Position numbers and translations under genes: made by a program
In this document: positions 1 through 10,161 of the stretch, piece after piece
Position numbering within the stretch: position 1 is the stretch's first letter
Layout: each line of letters starts with the position of its first letter
The notes under the pieces: model-generated
Database searches by the model: none
Seen by the model: only the letters and a program-made list of their open reading frames with translations
Told to the model about the DNA's origin: nothing
Source: Ostreococcus lucimarinus
Taxonomy: Eukaryota
Length of the DNA: 64,000 nt
Assembly: GCA_000092065.1 (NCBI GenBank)
Contig: CP000590.1
Strand: one strand, 5' to 3'

Positions 1-1423
1 AGAGCATGATGTCACGAACCGCCTTACTTATGCTCGATGAAGCCACGGGGAGCAAGAACACAGCGGTGGCAATCACGGTGAACGCCATCGAGCGCCTGCG
101 ACCGATCTTGTCGACGATCATAATCGCGACGATCAAGCCTGGAATTTCGCCGAACGAGCTGAGAAAGATGTCGGCGTACTCGCCGTCGCTCAAATGTGGC
201 GCACCGTGCGCTAGACACGCCAACTCTCCCCCACGCTTGGACTCGTCGTCGCGCACGTTGAGTGACGTTGTGAGAAGGACAATGCCGTAGTACAAAAACG
301 CCACACCGAAGAAAATCACCCAAACCAAGAGAGACGTCTTCGCGTGCTTCTTGGACAGCAACGCGCGAACGCCGCTCGGAACGAACCTTTGCATCATCGT
401 AGAAGACGACGCTCCCGACGCGCCCATGCCATACGAAGTACGATCTTCGAACTCGCCACTCGATGACGCGCGATCGTTCGGCCCCACGAGCTCGCCCTGC
501 GGTAGAGATTTACCATTCGTCGCCGCGACGCGACGCAACGTCTCCTTCGCCTCCTCCATTCGACCGGCGTTTACCGAGTACAAGACGCTCTCCGGGACGA
601 TAAAGATGCATGCGATCAATCCAAGCAACGGCGCCGCTGAAATCAACAGTAAAACTCGCCACGAATGCCGCGGAAGCACGATCCACGCCAGCGCGGACTC
701 CAACATCGATCCCAGCGTCCAAAACGCCTCAATGTACGACAAGCGCGCGCCGCGATTTTCCCTCGGTAAAAACTCCATGAACAACCCGTACGCCACGGGT
801 ACCCCACCCAAACCAACGCCCACGAGGCATCTAAAGAACAACACGCTCCCGAAGCTCCCGCCCAGCGCGCTTCCGATCCCCGCCGCGAGCGTCGTCGTCG
901 AGCTGAACAGCAGCGCCGGCTTCCGACCGCGCGCGTCGCTCACCACTCCCCACGCCGGCGCCCCGAGAGCCATTCCCACGAACACCACGCTCGTCAGCGC
1001 GCCTTCCGCGTCGCTCGACACCCCGAATTCGCATCGCATCGCGGGTCCGATGAAACTGAGCAGCATCATCTCCATCGCGTCCGCCGCCCACGCGAAACCG
1101 ACGAAGCACAGCGCGTGGATTTGAAACTTCCCGAATCCCACGTGATCGAGCGCCTCGTTCGCGGTGTACGTTCGTCGACGCGCATCGTCGCCGTCGCCGT
1201 CGCCGTCGTCGTTCGGCGCGTCGAGGGCGACGACGACGAATTCGCCGCGCGGCGTCGCGGCGTCGAGCAGGCCGAGTCTTTGGTCGTCGGCGTCGTCATC
1301 GCGCGCGTCGTCGCGCGCGGTGGACGCCGCGCCGTCGGGCGCGCGCGGTGGACGCGGGATGTCGCCGCCGTCGTCGTCGTCGACGTCGGCGTCGACGTCG
1401 ACGTCGGGCGCGGCGGCGGACAT
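1..1423 (-). CDS. Major facilitator superfamily transporter (SV2/SVOP/organic-cation-transporter-like); 3' end cut by the window edge
   Basis: A minus-strand frame not in the ORF track (no in-window stop) is open from the window edge to the ATG at 1423-1421. It contains GKFQIHALCFVGFAWAADAMEMMLLSFIGP, then 12 TM-like hydrophobic segments and YADIFLSSFGEIPGLIVAIMIVDKIGRRRSMAF, the MFS D-K/R-x-G-R-R loop. The N-terminus is acidic and D-rich. The frame was cross-checked against ORF 24..323 and ORF 1164..1565. Confidence 0.7.
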   Translation of the reverse strand, partial: MSAAAPDVDVDADVDDDDGGDIPRPPRAPDGAASTARDDARDDDADDQRLGLLDAATPRGEFVVVALDAPNDDGDGDGDDARRRTYTANEALDHVGFGKFQIHALCFVGFAWAADAMEMMLLSFIGPAMRCEFGVSSDAEGALTSVVFVGMALGAPAWGVVSDARGRKPALLFSSTTTLAAGIGSALGGSFGSVLFFRCLVGVGLGGVPVAYGLFMEFLPRENRGARLSYIEAFWTLGSMLESALAWIVLPRHSWRVLLLISAAPLLGLIACIFIVPESVLYSVNAGRMEEAKETLRRVAATNGKSLPQGELVGPNDRASSSGEFEDRTSYGMGASGASSSTMMQRFVPSGVRALLSKKHAKTSLLVWVIFFGVAFLYYGIVLLTTSLNVRDDESKRGGELACLAHGAPHLSDGEYADIFLSSFGEIPGLIVAIMIVDKIGRRRSMAFTVIATAVFLLPVASSSISKAVRDIML

Positions 1424-1601
1424 CGCGATGTGGGGACGGCGCGCGCGTCGCGTCGAACGCGAACGCGAGCGAGCGCGGCGACGGTTTAGATGTCGGGTCG
1501 GTTCCCGATGTTACAAGAATGTGGACGCGCGAAATGCTCGCATCGCCCGCATCGCTAGGGTTTGAATGCACATCTACGACGCGCCGAGGGGCGAGAAAGA
1601 A

Positions 1602-2456
1602 TTACAGAGAAGAGACGCGCTCGTGCTGCGCCGCGTTGGCGACGTGTTGGCCGATTTGGCGCATGCACGCGTCCTCGCGGTAGAGCATGCCGCGCAACGT
1701 TTGGCCGTTGACGCGCACCGTCATGAAGTATCCCGTGTCGAAAGTGCCGTCGATGAGACCTTCGACTTTCATGCCGGTCAAATCGGCGCTTCCCGGAGGA
1801 TTGGTCGGCTTCAAGCCGTCTTGATCCATGACGTTGACGACGTCGTGCTGCAAAAAGTGCATCGGATCGTGCGCCGAAGCGTGGTGGTGATGGTGCATGT
1901 GCGACTTCGGGGCGTCGAATTGAGAGTTGACGACCACGGGCATCGAGCTCGGGTTGAACGGCATGAACAAGTCGCTCAAGTTGTGGTGGTCGTTCCCCCA
2001 CGCGTACGGGTCGCGCTCGTGGTGCGAGTGCTCGTCCGTGTGATCGACGTGATCCATGAACGCATTGTGGAACCCGTTATGCATCATCGGCGCCGAATCC
2101 TTCGCATTCGATGGCTTGCGCAACGACGTGTGATCCCCAGAGCTCGTCTTCGGAGGTCGACCGCGTCGACGTTTGGGCGCCGGGTCGCTCCCCGAGCCCG
2201 TGGCTTTCTGCTTCTTCGCGCGTCCGCCCGACGACGGCGCCTGCGGCATCCCACCCTCGGCGATCAATCGCGCCTGTTCGACGCGAGCCTTATCGATGTG
2301 TTTCTCCTTCTCTTCCCTCGTCATCGCCTTCCATCGATTACCGATCACCTTTTCGATGCCCATCTGCATCTCCGCGCGCGACAACAGCGTCGAGTCGCGC
2401 AGCACGAGTCGCATCTCGCTCGCGAACATGTTAAACGCCAACAAGTTCGGGCTCAT
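1602..2456 (-). CDS. HMG-box DNA-binding protein with an AT-hook and a His-rich region
   Basis: The N-terminal HMG box reads MSPNLLAFNMFASEMRLVLRDSTLLSRAEMQMGIEKVIGNRWKAMTREEKEKHIDKARVEQ. An AT-hook (KRRRGRPPK) and a His-rich tract follow. The ORF-track start at 2480 is a TTG, and the first ATG is at 2456. Confidence 0.55.
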   Translation of the reverse strand: MSPNLLAFNMFASEMRLVLRDSTLLSRAEMQMGIEKVIGNRWKAMTREEKEKHIDKARVEQARLIAEGGMPQAPSSGGRAKKQKATGSGSDPAPKRRRGRPPKTSSGDHTSLRKPSNAKDSAPMMHNGFHNAFMDHVDHTDEHSHHERDPYAWGNDHHNLSDLFMPFNPSSMPVVVNSQFDAPKSHMHHHHHASAHDPMHFLQHDVVNVMDQDGLKPTNPPGSADLTGMKVEGLIDGTFDTGYFMTVRVNGQTLRGMLYREDACMRQIGQHVANAAQHERVSSL

Positions 2457-3179
2457 GCTGAGCTCGCGATACGTTTTCAAATTCTACGCTCGCGACGAAA
2501 CGACGCGCGCCGTCAGTCCTCCGCGTTCGTTCCCGCGCGCGCGCGCGCGCGCCCCCCACGCGCCCCCTCCCACTTCCGGGTGTCTCCACGCGCCGCGTCC
2601 GCGTCTTATCCGCCCCCCGCGCGTCCCGCGCGTCCCGCGCGTCCCGCGCGCGCGTCCCGCGCGTCGCGCGCCCGTCCCATCGCTCGCGCGCGTCTCGCGC
2701 GTCACGCACCGTATCGCTCCCCTTCCGGCTGTACCGCGACATCGTCGCCGGCCGTCGCCCCCCGTCGTCGTCGCGCGCGCCCGGTCGTTGCCCGTCGTCG
2801 ATCCGCGCGCGCGTCGTCGACCCTCGCGTCGTCTCGCGCGGCCGTCGATCGATCGATCGATCGCGCGCGCGTGCCCGCGTTCGCGCGTTCGCGTCTCGCG
2901 CGTCGTCGACGCCGTCGCCGTCGTCGCGCACTGCGGCCGCGTCGTCGCTTCGCGCGCTGACGCGGCGCGGTGACTGCGCGCGGTCGATCTCGACCCGGGT
3001 GTTTCGCGCGCTTGAATACGTGAATACGCGCGCGATCGCGCCGTCGTCGCGCGCGCGGGCCTAGGCTAGGTTAATTCCCGCGAGGGGGGTCGAATTTAAT
3101 CGTCGAGGCTTTTTTTTATTTTTCGGCGCCGCGCGTCGACGTCGACGTCGTCGTCGCGCGATTCGAGGGGTTTGATGGT

Positions 3180-3291
3180 GATTACGTACGTGATATACGT
3201 AATCATGGGGTCGGTGTGTACCCCCCTCGTGATGGGGGGTACACGCGCCGGGGGCCGCGCGCGGGGCGTGTACCCCCGCGTGTACCCCCCT
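3180..3291. repeat. Cluster of inverted and direct repeats in a divergent promoter: a GATTACGTA..TACGTAATC palindrome, a GTGTACCCCCC / GGGGGGTACAC hairpin, and two more GTGTACCCCC copies
   Basis: Read directly from the sequence at 3180-3204 (palindrome), 3216-3244 (11-bp arms with a 7-nt loop), 3268-3277 and 3280-3290. The cluster lies in the 1.1-kb spacer between the divergent HMG-box gene and PAM16. Confidence 0.6.
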
Positions 3292-3544
3292 CTGTGGATC
3301 GTTTTTTCGAAAAAAGAAGTTTATTTCTCGCGACCCCTCGCGGCGCGGCGCGGCGGCGCGCGCGGGCCGACGCCTCCGCGCGGTCGGTCGCCGACGCGCG
3401 CGCGCTTGAATACGCGTCGCGGTTTTTTTTCACGAGCCGTCGACGCGCCGCGCGCGGCGCGATTGGCGTGCTCGCGAACGCGCGTCGATCGCGCGAGACG
3501 AACGCCGGACGTCGACGCGTCGAGCGAGCGCGTCGCGGACGGGC

Positions 3545-3991
3545 ATGGCGTCGCGCGCGCTCGCGAACCTGCTCGTCGCCGGCGGCGCCGCGCTCGCGCG
3601 CGCGGCGTCGCAGGCGTACCGCCAGGCGCTCGCGAACGCGCAGCGCACGGGCGTCGCGAGCGAGGCGGCGAACGCGGCGTCGGGCGCGCGGGGGGCGTTC
3701 GGGAGGAAGGCGATGACGGCGGAGGAGGCGCGACTCGTGCTGGGGGTCGAGGCCTCGGCGACGTACGCCGAGGTGCTCGCGCGGTACGAGCGGCTGTTCG
3801 CGAGCAACGAAAAGGGTGGGTCGTTTTACCTGCAGAGCAAGGTGTACAGGGCGCGGGAGAGCCTGGAGAGAGAGTACGACGAGGAGACGGTGCGAAGGGA
3901 GCGGGAGGCGGCGGCGGCGCGAAGGGACGGGACGCAGGGGGTCGTGGAGGACGGACGCGAGGCGGGGGGGGGGGGCGCGTCGTCGTCGTGA
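3545..3991 (+). CDS. PAM16: Mitochondrial import motor subunit PAM16/TIM16 (Magmas-like J-like domain)
   Basis: MTAEEARLVLGVEASATYAEVLARYERLFASNEKGGSFYLQSKVYRARESLE matches the degenerate J-domain of Pam16/Magmas. The size (148 aa) is typical. Confidence 0.8.
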   Translation: MASRALANLLVAGGAALARAASQAYRQALANAQRTGVASEAANAASGARGAFGRKAMTAEEARLVLGVEASATYAEVLARYERLFASNEKGGSFYLQSKVYRARESLEREYDEETVRREREAAAARRDGTQGVVEDGREAGGGGASSS

Positions 3992-4045
3992 ACGACGGCG
4001 GCGGCGCGCGTTTCGCGTTTCGCGTTTTAATGAAAGAGCTAGACG

Positions 4046-7000
4046 TTATAGAGGTTGAGGAGAATGGACGGTCGCGGCGATGTGGTGGCGAGCGAAACCG
4101 AGGGCGAAGGTAGCGGAGGCGCGATGACGCTCGACGACGTCTTCGAGCGCGGAGTTGAACTCGGTCGCGTCCGAGGCTTCGGCGGCGAACCACGCGAGAG
4201 CGCGGGATTTGGCGTCTTCGGCGTCCGCGATGAGGACGCCACACGCGGTCGAGCACGCGCGTCTGAACGTGTGGATTTCTGCCGATCGACTCGCGCGTTC
4301 CGCGCGCTCGCGGACGTCGCTGCCGCCGCACACGAGCGCCATAAATCGGGCGAGCGAATCGTAGGATAACGCGTGAAACGCGGCGGGGATGACGCCGCGC
4401 GCGAACATCGCGGGAGCGCTCCCGCTTTCGATCACGTTTTTCGGCCACTCACACAGTTTTGCGATGGCGTCAAATACGGTGTCCATGCGCGATTGCGACC
4501 AATCGTTGTCGACGACGACGTCGAGAAGCGCGAAGTCCACGTCTCGCGCGAGATCCGCTTGGGCGTTCGCACGCACCGGCGTACGTTTTGTCGCTCCGGT
4601 CTTGAGCTGATCCAACAGCGCGCGAATATTCGTCCAACTGACCGTCGCGTCGCAATCGACGATTTCGGTGCGCGCGCGATTTGCGATGGCGTCGAGCAAC
4701 AAGACGCGTCTTCGGAGCGAGTCGCGCGCGTCTGAAAAATACCACGCGTACGGGATTTCCGTGTTTTCATCGCCATGAGCGCTCGTTTCGATCGGATTCG
4801 ACCACCACTCCGCGCTCGACAGTGCGGGATCTTTTCCACAAGGCGCGAGCCAGGCCGGGTTGGTTTTGAAATCGTCCAAGTACGTCCACGCGTCGCTCGA
4901 TTCGTCGTCTTTGTCCCAGCGCGCGGTATCGGCGTTCGTGCGCGTCAAATCGCACACGTCCTCGGCGTACTCCATCAACCCTTCGAGCATGTTCAATCGG
5001 AACTCATCGATGTTGGGAAAATCATCCATGTCGCCCGCGAGGCGGTTGATGCCGTTGATGCCGATCATCAGATTCGCCGTCATGCCTGCGGCGATGGAGT
5101 GCGCGTCTCGAATCGTGCGGAAAAACTCCGCAAACTCGAGAACTTTCGTGTACTTTCCATTCATCGCAGCTAAAGTGGCGCTTTGTGAAACTTGCCGCTC
5201 GATTTCATGGCGTAACTGCTGTAGACGAGTGCCCAAAAATTCCTCGGTGATGCCGGGAGGCGCGCCACTCGAGCACGCGGGAAGGGCGTGATGCAACAGC
5301 GTAGACATCTGCACGTGCTTCATATCCACCAACTCCAACGTTTCGAGCGCCAGACCAGCGGCGCCTAGGAGCGTGTAGATCGCGGTCAAGCTGAACCTCA
5401 ACGACGCGTTGTATGGCGATTTCTTCAAGCCAACCTCGAGCGCCGCGGCGGCGGCGTAAAGCGCGTTGACGGCGCCGTCGTCGTCTCCATTTTCTTTGCA
5501 CGCAGCCGCTTCGCCGGCGAGTGCGCACGATGCTAAATACGGGAATACGTCTATGGCGGTTGGTTCTCGCGCGTCCGCATCGGCGAACAGATTCATATGA
5601 TCCCAGTACAAATTCATGAACCGACTCGCCGCGGCGCGGCCGCGGAGCGGCATCGACGCCGCTGGCGAATTCCTCGCGACGCCGTGCCAGGACGGACAAC
5701 ACGCGTTTAAATCGACACATATGAGCAGTGCAGACGTCACCCTCCGCAAAACCGTGATCGCGAGCTTCTTCGAAGCATCGTCTCCCGTCGTGACGCTCGG
5801 AATATGTTCCTCGCCGCGCCCTCGAAGTGTTTCGATCAGCCATTCGCGAGCACCGTCGGCGCCGCGAAGCGCCTGCGCATATCTTCGCATATCCTGCGCA
5901 CAACTGGTCCATGCCCCGAAACGTTCGTGATACGTCGCAACAGCCTCGGCGAGCGCACGATACCGCGTGTCTTCATCGCCTTCGTCTAATAACCTATACA
6001 TCAAGTCCACCTGCAAAATGTACGCCCCACGCCCGACTTCGCGTTCGCCACCCTTTTCCTCGGCGTTGGCGACGACGCTCTCGACAAACTTCGTCGCAGC
6101 GACGATATCGATGGACTTCATTTTCGGTCGAACGGTCGGAAAGTTCGATATGCGAGGAACTGATCTCCCGGATATCGACAATTTAGCATCCATCTCCTCG
6201 GCCAACGCCGCGTCGCCGCGACACAAATCCAAAATCGCGTTCATCGACATCCAATCATCCGGGGCGAGCTCGAGAACCTTTTCGTGATGCTTTCGCGCTT
6301 CCGCCATCTTCCCCGCCTTGAGGGCGTAACGCGCCCGCATGCGTTCGCGCTCGATCGGCATCGGCACGCACGTGTCTGCGAGCGCCGACTTCGTCAAATC
6401 GTACGCCTCGTCCGTTTGCCCCATCAACGCCATCGTCATCGCGTACATCGAGAACGAATCCTGATCCTTGATTTCATCCTTCCCACGAAGCTTACCAAGC
6501 ATCCCATTCGCGAGTTTCAACAGCGTTTCCGCCCCCATCCCGTTAGTTTCGCCGCTGGAAGTCGTAGTCTTCGCCTCCGCCGCCTCCGCCTCGCGTTGCG
6601 CCAACATCGACGTTATGGCTTTCAACAAATCCTTCGTATTCCCAGTCGCCTTATACATTCGCATGGCCACGCTCTGTTGTTTTCCGAATTCCCACGTCTC
6701 GCCGTAATCCGCGTACAGCGTCTGTAGCGACGTCATGTGCGTCGGATTCAGTCGCAGCGTGTGTTCGAGCAGCTTGCGCATTTCGCTCCGCCTGGACATC
6801 TCTTTAAACGTCATCAGCACCACGCGCAAGACGTCTTCGTCCACCGCGCCCTCGTCACGGATCGCGACGGCGATGTTCAATGCGTCCTGTTCGTTCGCCA
6901 TCGCATCCGCGCGCCACAGCGCGAGAGCTTTCAGCGCGCGCGCGAGTTGGAAACGCGGATGCTTTTTGAGCGTCTTGTCGAGCGACTTTAACGCCCGCGC

Positions 7001-7072
7001 GGGGTCTTCGCGGTCTAGGGCGTCGTACGCCGGGTTGAGCTCGCGCTGTGAATCTCTTGGGTTGAGCTGCAT
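4046..7072 (-). CDS. NAA25: N-terminal acetyltransferase B (NatB) auxiliary subunit, NAA25/MDM20-like TPR protein
   Basis: The N-terminus reads PAYDALDREDPARALKSLDKTLKKHPRFQLARALKALALWRAD and the whole protein is TPR-like, following the NAA25 pattern (YD.LD..N.K.A...KLLKKHP...AKALKALAL.R). It is 1008 aa. Confidence 0.6.
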   Translation of the reverse strand: MQLNPRDSQRELNPAYDALDREDPARALKSLDKTLKKHPRFQLARALKALALWRADAMANEQDALNIAVAIRDEGAVDEDVLRVVLMTFKEMSRRSEMRKLLEHTLRLNPTHMTSLQTLYADYGETWEFGKQQSVAMRMYKATGNTKDLLKAITSMLAQREAEAAEAKTTTSSGETNGMGAETLLKLANGMLGKLRGKDEIKDQDSFSMYAMTMALMGQTDEAYDLTKSALADTCVPMPIERERMRARYALKAGKMAEARKHHEKVLELAPDDWMSMNAILDLCRGDAALAEEMDAKLSISGRSVPRISNFPTVRPKMKSIDIVAATKFVESVVANAEEKGGEREVGRGAYILQVDLMYRLLDEGDEDTRYRALAEAVATYHERFGAWTSCAQDMRRYAQALRGADGAREWLIETLRGRGEEHIPSVTTGDDASKKLAITVLRRVTSALLICVDLNACCPSWHGVARNSPAASMPLRGRAAASRFMNLYWDHMNLFADADAREPTAIDVFPYLASCALAGEAAACKENGDDDGAVNALYAAAAALEVGLKKSPYNASLRFSLTAIYTLLGAAGLALETLELVDMKHVQMSTLLHHALPACSSGAPPGITEEFLGTRLQQLRHEIERQVSQSATLAAMNGKYTKVLEFAEFFRTIRDAHSIAAGMTANLMIGINGINRLAGDMDDFPNIDEFRLNMLEGLMEYAEDVCDLTRTNADTARWDKDDESSDAWTYLDDFKTNPAWLAPCGKDPALSSAEWWSNPIETSAHGDENTEIPYAWYFSDARDSLRRRVLLLDAIANRARTEIVDCDATVSWTNIRALLDQLKTGATKRTPVRANAQADLARDVDFALLDVVVDNDWSQSRMDTVFDAIAKLCEWPKNVIESGSAPAMFARGVIPAAFHALSYDSLARFMALVCGGSDVRERAERASRSAEIHTFRRACSTACGVLIADAEDAKSRALAWFAAEASDATEFNSALEDVVERHRASATFALGFARHHIAATVHSPQPL

Positions 7073-7230
7073 GGCGCGCGTCGAACGTCGCGCGCGCGCG
7101 GGACGATGGACGAGCGCCGGCGTGTGCTGCGCCGGTGCTCAAGCGCGGCGGCTGCGAGGTCGGCGGATCGAAACCGCGATATCAATCACCGTAGTCGATG
7201 TCGTGTTGATTACAAGCGGGTGCGCGCGCA

Positions 7231-9069
7231 CTAATCACGTTCGCCGAACATCTCGTCGAAGCTCGACGTGAGCTTGTCTCCGATGTCCTTGAGATCGAAG
7301 CCCGAAGACGACGGCACTTTCGCTTGTCGATTTGGACGCTCGGCCAGAGTGCGCTCGACTTTATCGACGCCATAGCTCGCCAAAGTTTCTGTGGCCACCA
7401 TTCCTAAATTTTTACGCGCGGTGTCCACGTCGTCGATGTTGCCATCCTCTTCGAACTCGCGCAGCTGTGCCTCGGTGAAACCGCCCTCCTTACGCGTGCC
7501 GCTGCGAGCGACGCGGAAGAGTAACCACTTTCCGAACGCGTTCTCGTCGTTCGTTTCCGAGTCCTCGTCCGGAAGTGGGAACAACTTTTCGGCGACGGTC
7601 AACGCCGAGCTTTTACCTCGAACGAATCGCGAGCCGCGAGCGCCGAGCGCCGCCGGTCGCGAGCGGCCTTCGGTGGCCATGAGACCCTTGACCAAGCGCC
7701 AGCCGGCGCGATCGTCCAAGTCGAGCACTTCGAAACCTTCTTCTACTTCAGGTCTCTTCATCACGCGCGAAGCGATGTTATTTCTCCACGCCACGAGATC
7801 GTTACCGTTGTCCTCTAACTCTCGACGGAACTTGATCAAATCGTCGTCCTTCCGCAAGTTTGGCAGGCACATTTGCAAGAACATAACCCCGGTGCTGTAC
7901 ATGTCGAAACGATCTGGGAGGTTGAGCTGCCACAGCACGGGCGACAGAGCTAATGCTACGGGAAGCACAGGTGCCTCTGGGGTCTGTCTACTCATAATGT
8001 ACTCCTCTGGCGCCTTGAAGCGAGGGTCAAAGATGAAATCCTTTGGCGAATAGTTGACGCCAGATCGCAAATCTGCCGCGGCGCCGAGATCAATCAAACG
8101 AAACTTTCCGCTCGATTCGTCAAATAAAATATTTTCTGGCTTGACGTCGCGGTGAACGATACCGGTACCGTGCACGCGCGCGAGCGCGTCTAAGATTTGA
8201 TCCAAGATTTTACCGATGATGATGGACTTGCGTCGCGCCCCCGGCGGTAACCCTCCCGGGGCCTCGCCGTCTTTAAACATGTACGGCTCGACGTTATACG
8301 GGAAATTCTTGTCCTTCATGAGCTCAAACAGCGTACTTTTCCCTTCGTATTTCCACACCAGCCACAGCGACGGCTCGTCGTCTCCCTTCTTCACCGGCGG
8401 ACCCTCGAACGCGGAGACAAAGTCGGCGCACGCCCCCGGGCACGCTATTTGCAACCGCGAGTTCATCCAAACCTCCGCCTCTCCGTAGTCCGTCGCTCGC
8501 TTCAGCACGTACTTTTTCTGGTCGTTCACCCCCGTCGCCTCGTACACCACCCCAAACCCACCCTCTCCCAGTTTTTTCCCGAGCGCGAAATCCTCCAACG
8601 CGTACCGCTTTCGCAGCGTCCCCAACAGCGGTCGCAGCAGATAAAAGTCAACCACCCCCGGAATCACTCCCGGCGTGATCAGCCCGTACGTCGCGGCGAC
8701 CGCCAATATCGTCGCTCCCACCGGCGTGAGCAGCGGCGCGATCTCTCGTCGCAGCTCGGCGTCGAGCGTGCTTCGATATATCGCGTCCCCGCAGTTTTGC
8801 ACCGTGCACGGCAGCCCGACGCCGACGGCGACGTCGCCGAGCGCGCGATGCACCTCGCGCGCCGCGTCCGCGTGCGCGGGGTCGATCGCGCGCGTCTCCG
8901 TCGCGCGCGCGCGTCGTCGTCCGTCGCGCGCGCGCGCGCCCGCGACGCCGACCGCGACGTCGACGTCGCGACGTCGCGGACGCGTCGTCGTCGTTCGCGT
9001 CGCGCGTCGTCCCGCGTCGTCGCACCGCGCGCGCGCGAGCACCGACGGCGGTCGCGTCGGTCGCGCCAT
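7231..9069 (-). CDS. Chloroplast thylakoid Ser/Thr protein kinase, STN7/STN8-like
   Basis: DFALGKKLGEGGFGVVYEA...YVLKRATDYGEAEVWMNSRL...HGTGIVHRDVKPENILFDESSGKFRLIDLGAAADLRSGVNYSPKDFIFDPRFKAPEEYIMS is nearly colinear with STN7 motifs. There is a TM helix (ILAVAATYGLITPGVIPGVVDF) upstream of the kinase domain, and the ATG at 9069 opens a transit-peptide-like N-terminus (MARPTRPPSV). The ORF-track extension to 10110 is rejected because it runs through the opposite-strand IMP gene. Confidence 0.75.
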   Translation of the reverse strand: MARPTRPPSVLARARCDDAGRRATRTTTTRPRRRDVDVAVGVAGARARDGRRRARATETRAIDPAHADAAREVHRALGDVAVGVGLPCTVQNCGDAIYRSTLDAELRREIAPLLTPVGATILAVAATYGLITPGVIPGVVDFYLLRPLLGTLRKRYALEDFALGKKLGEGGFGVVYEATGVNDQKKYVLKRATDYGEAEVWMNSRLQIACPGACADFVSAFEGPPVKKGDDEPSLWLVWKYEGKSTLFELMKDKNFPYNVEPYMFKDGEAPGGLPPGARRKSIIIGKILDQILDALARVHGTGIVHRDVKPENILFDESSGKFRLIDLGAAADLRSGVNYSPKDFIFDPRFKAPEEYIMSRQTPEAPVLPVALALSPVLWQLNLPDRFDMYSTGVMFLQMCLPNLRKDDDLIKFRRELEDNGNDLVAWRNNIASRVMKRPEVEEGFEVLDLDDRAGWRLVKGLMATEGRSRPAALGARGSRFVRGKSSALTVAEKLFPLPDEDSETNDENAFGKWLLFRVARSGTRKEGGFTEAQLREFEEDGNIDDVDTARKNLGMVATETLASYGVDKVERTLAERPNRQAKVPSSSGFDLKDIGDKLTSSFDEMFGERD

Positions 9070-9405
9070 CTTCGCGTCCGCGCGCCGTCGTCGTCGTCGC
9101 GCAGTGCGGCGGCGCGACGCCGCGCGCGACGGTTTATCCGCGTCGACGCACCATCCGTCGCGTCTCACTGTTTGCCCATACGAAGGGTGCGTCGCGCCCC
9201 GCCGCGTCGCGCGCGCGCGCGGCACGCGGCGACGCGCGGCGCGACGGCGCGCGATGGCGTCGTTCTGGACGCGCGTCGCGCGCGAGGCGCGAGAGAGCGC
9301 CGGTTCGGTGCGCGCGCGACGCGCGAAGGCTCGAAGACTCGAAGACTCGAAGGCGCGACCGACGCGGACGCGCGCGAGGACTGACGGCGCGACCGCGACG
9401 CGCAG

Positions 9406-9909
9406 ATGGCGCGAATCGCGATCGTCGTCGCGGCGGTGAAGACGCACGCGATCGATCTCACGCTGTGCGTCGGACCGAGCATGATGCCGACGTTCAATCC
9501 GAGCGGGGACGTCGTGGCGGTGGAGAAGCGCGCGGCGCGGCGGCTGCGAAGCGGCGACGAACGATGCGCGCGACGAGGGGACGTCGTGCTCGCGACGTCG
9601 CCGACGAACCCGACGCAGTTGGTGTTTAAACGCGTCGTCGGCGTCGGCGGGGACGTGATCGACGTTCCGTACTCGAACGGGAGGAATTTTAGAGTGACGA
9701 CGACGCGCGTGCGAGTGCCGGTCGGGAGCGTGTGGTTGCAGGGCGATAACGCGAGAAATAGCACGGATAGTCGAGATTACGGGCCCGTGCCCGAGGATAT
9801 GATTCTCGGACGCGCGATCGTGCGCGTGTGGCCGCCGTCGGGGTTCGGATGGGTGGAAAATTCGATGGGAGACGCGCGGTTGGTTCGCGCCGGCGCGGAC
9901 GCCGCGTAG
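9406..9909 (+). CDS. Mitochondrial inner membrane peptidase subunit (IMP1/IMP2, signal peptidase S26 family)
   Basis: S26 catalytic motifs are present: GPSMMPTFNPSGDVV (the Ser box), VVLATSPTNP..FKRVVGVGGD (the Lys box) and VWLQGDNARNSTDSRDYGPVPEDMILGRAIVRVWP. Confidence 0.85.
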   Translation: MARIAIVVAAVKTHAIDLTLCVGPSMMPTFNPSGDVVAVEKRAARRLRSGDERCARRGDVVLATSPTNPTQLVFKRVVGVGGDVIDVPYSNGRNFRVTTTRVRVPVGSVWLQGDNARNSTDSRDYGPVPEDMILGRAIVRVWPPSGFGWVENSMGDARLVRAGADAA

Positions 9910-10161
9910 CGACTCTTTCGCGCGCGCGGCGTCGATCGCGGCGCGCGGCGTCGTCGCGGTAGATCTAGGTATTAAAACTTCAAATCGCATCGCTCGGTCG
10001 GCGTCGCCGCGTTCGCGTTCGCGGCGCGTTCGCTCGCGACGCTTCGCCTCGTTTCGCTCCCTCGAACGAGCTCTGAAATCGACGCGCTTTCGCGCGCAAA
10101 CTGTTGACATTTTTCAAAATTCGAACCGCGCGCGCGCGACGCCGCACACGCGGTCGTCGCC

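Noticed and set aside
2618-2668. Short direct repeats (CGCGTCCCG)n, and other GC-rich tandem repeats, as a possible CRISPR array
   Set aside because: The units are 9-11 bp with no spacers. The context is eukaryotic and there are no cas genes. These are simple microsatellites.
1566-2960. Long Arg/Ala/Pro-rich ORFs on both strands throughout the window (for example 1566..2960, 3172..4113, 3321..4448, 8449..9384, 15535..16653, 17605..19392, 18956..20114, 46211..48202, 46968..47801)
   Set aside because: At about 70 % GC, stop codons are rare. These ORFs are antisense to, or frame-shifted copies of, real genes, and consist of low-complexity R/A/P/G translations. None has domain content or an ATG in a sensible context.
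9070-10110. N-terminal 347-aa extension of the kinase ORF (7231..10110)
   Set aside because: The extension is R-rich low complexity, and it runs antisense through the well-supported IMP peptidase gene at 9406-9909. The first ATG with a transit-peptide-like context is at 9069.
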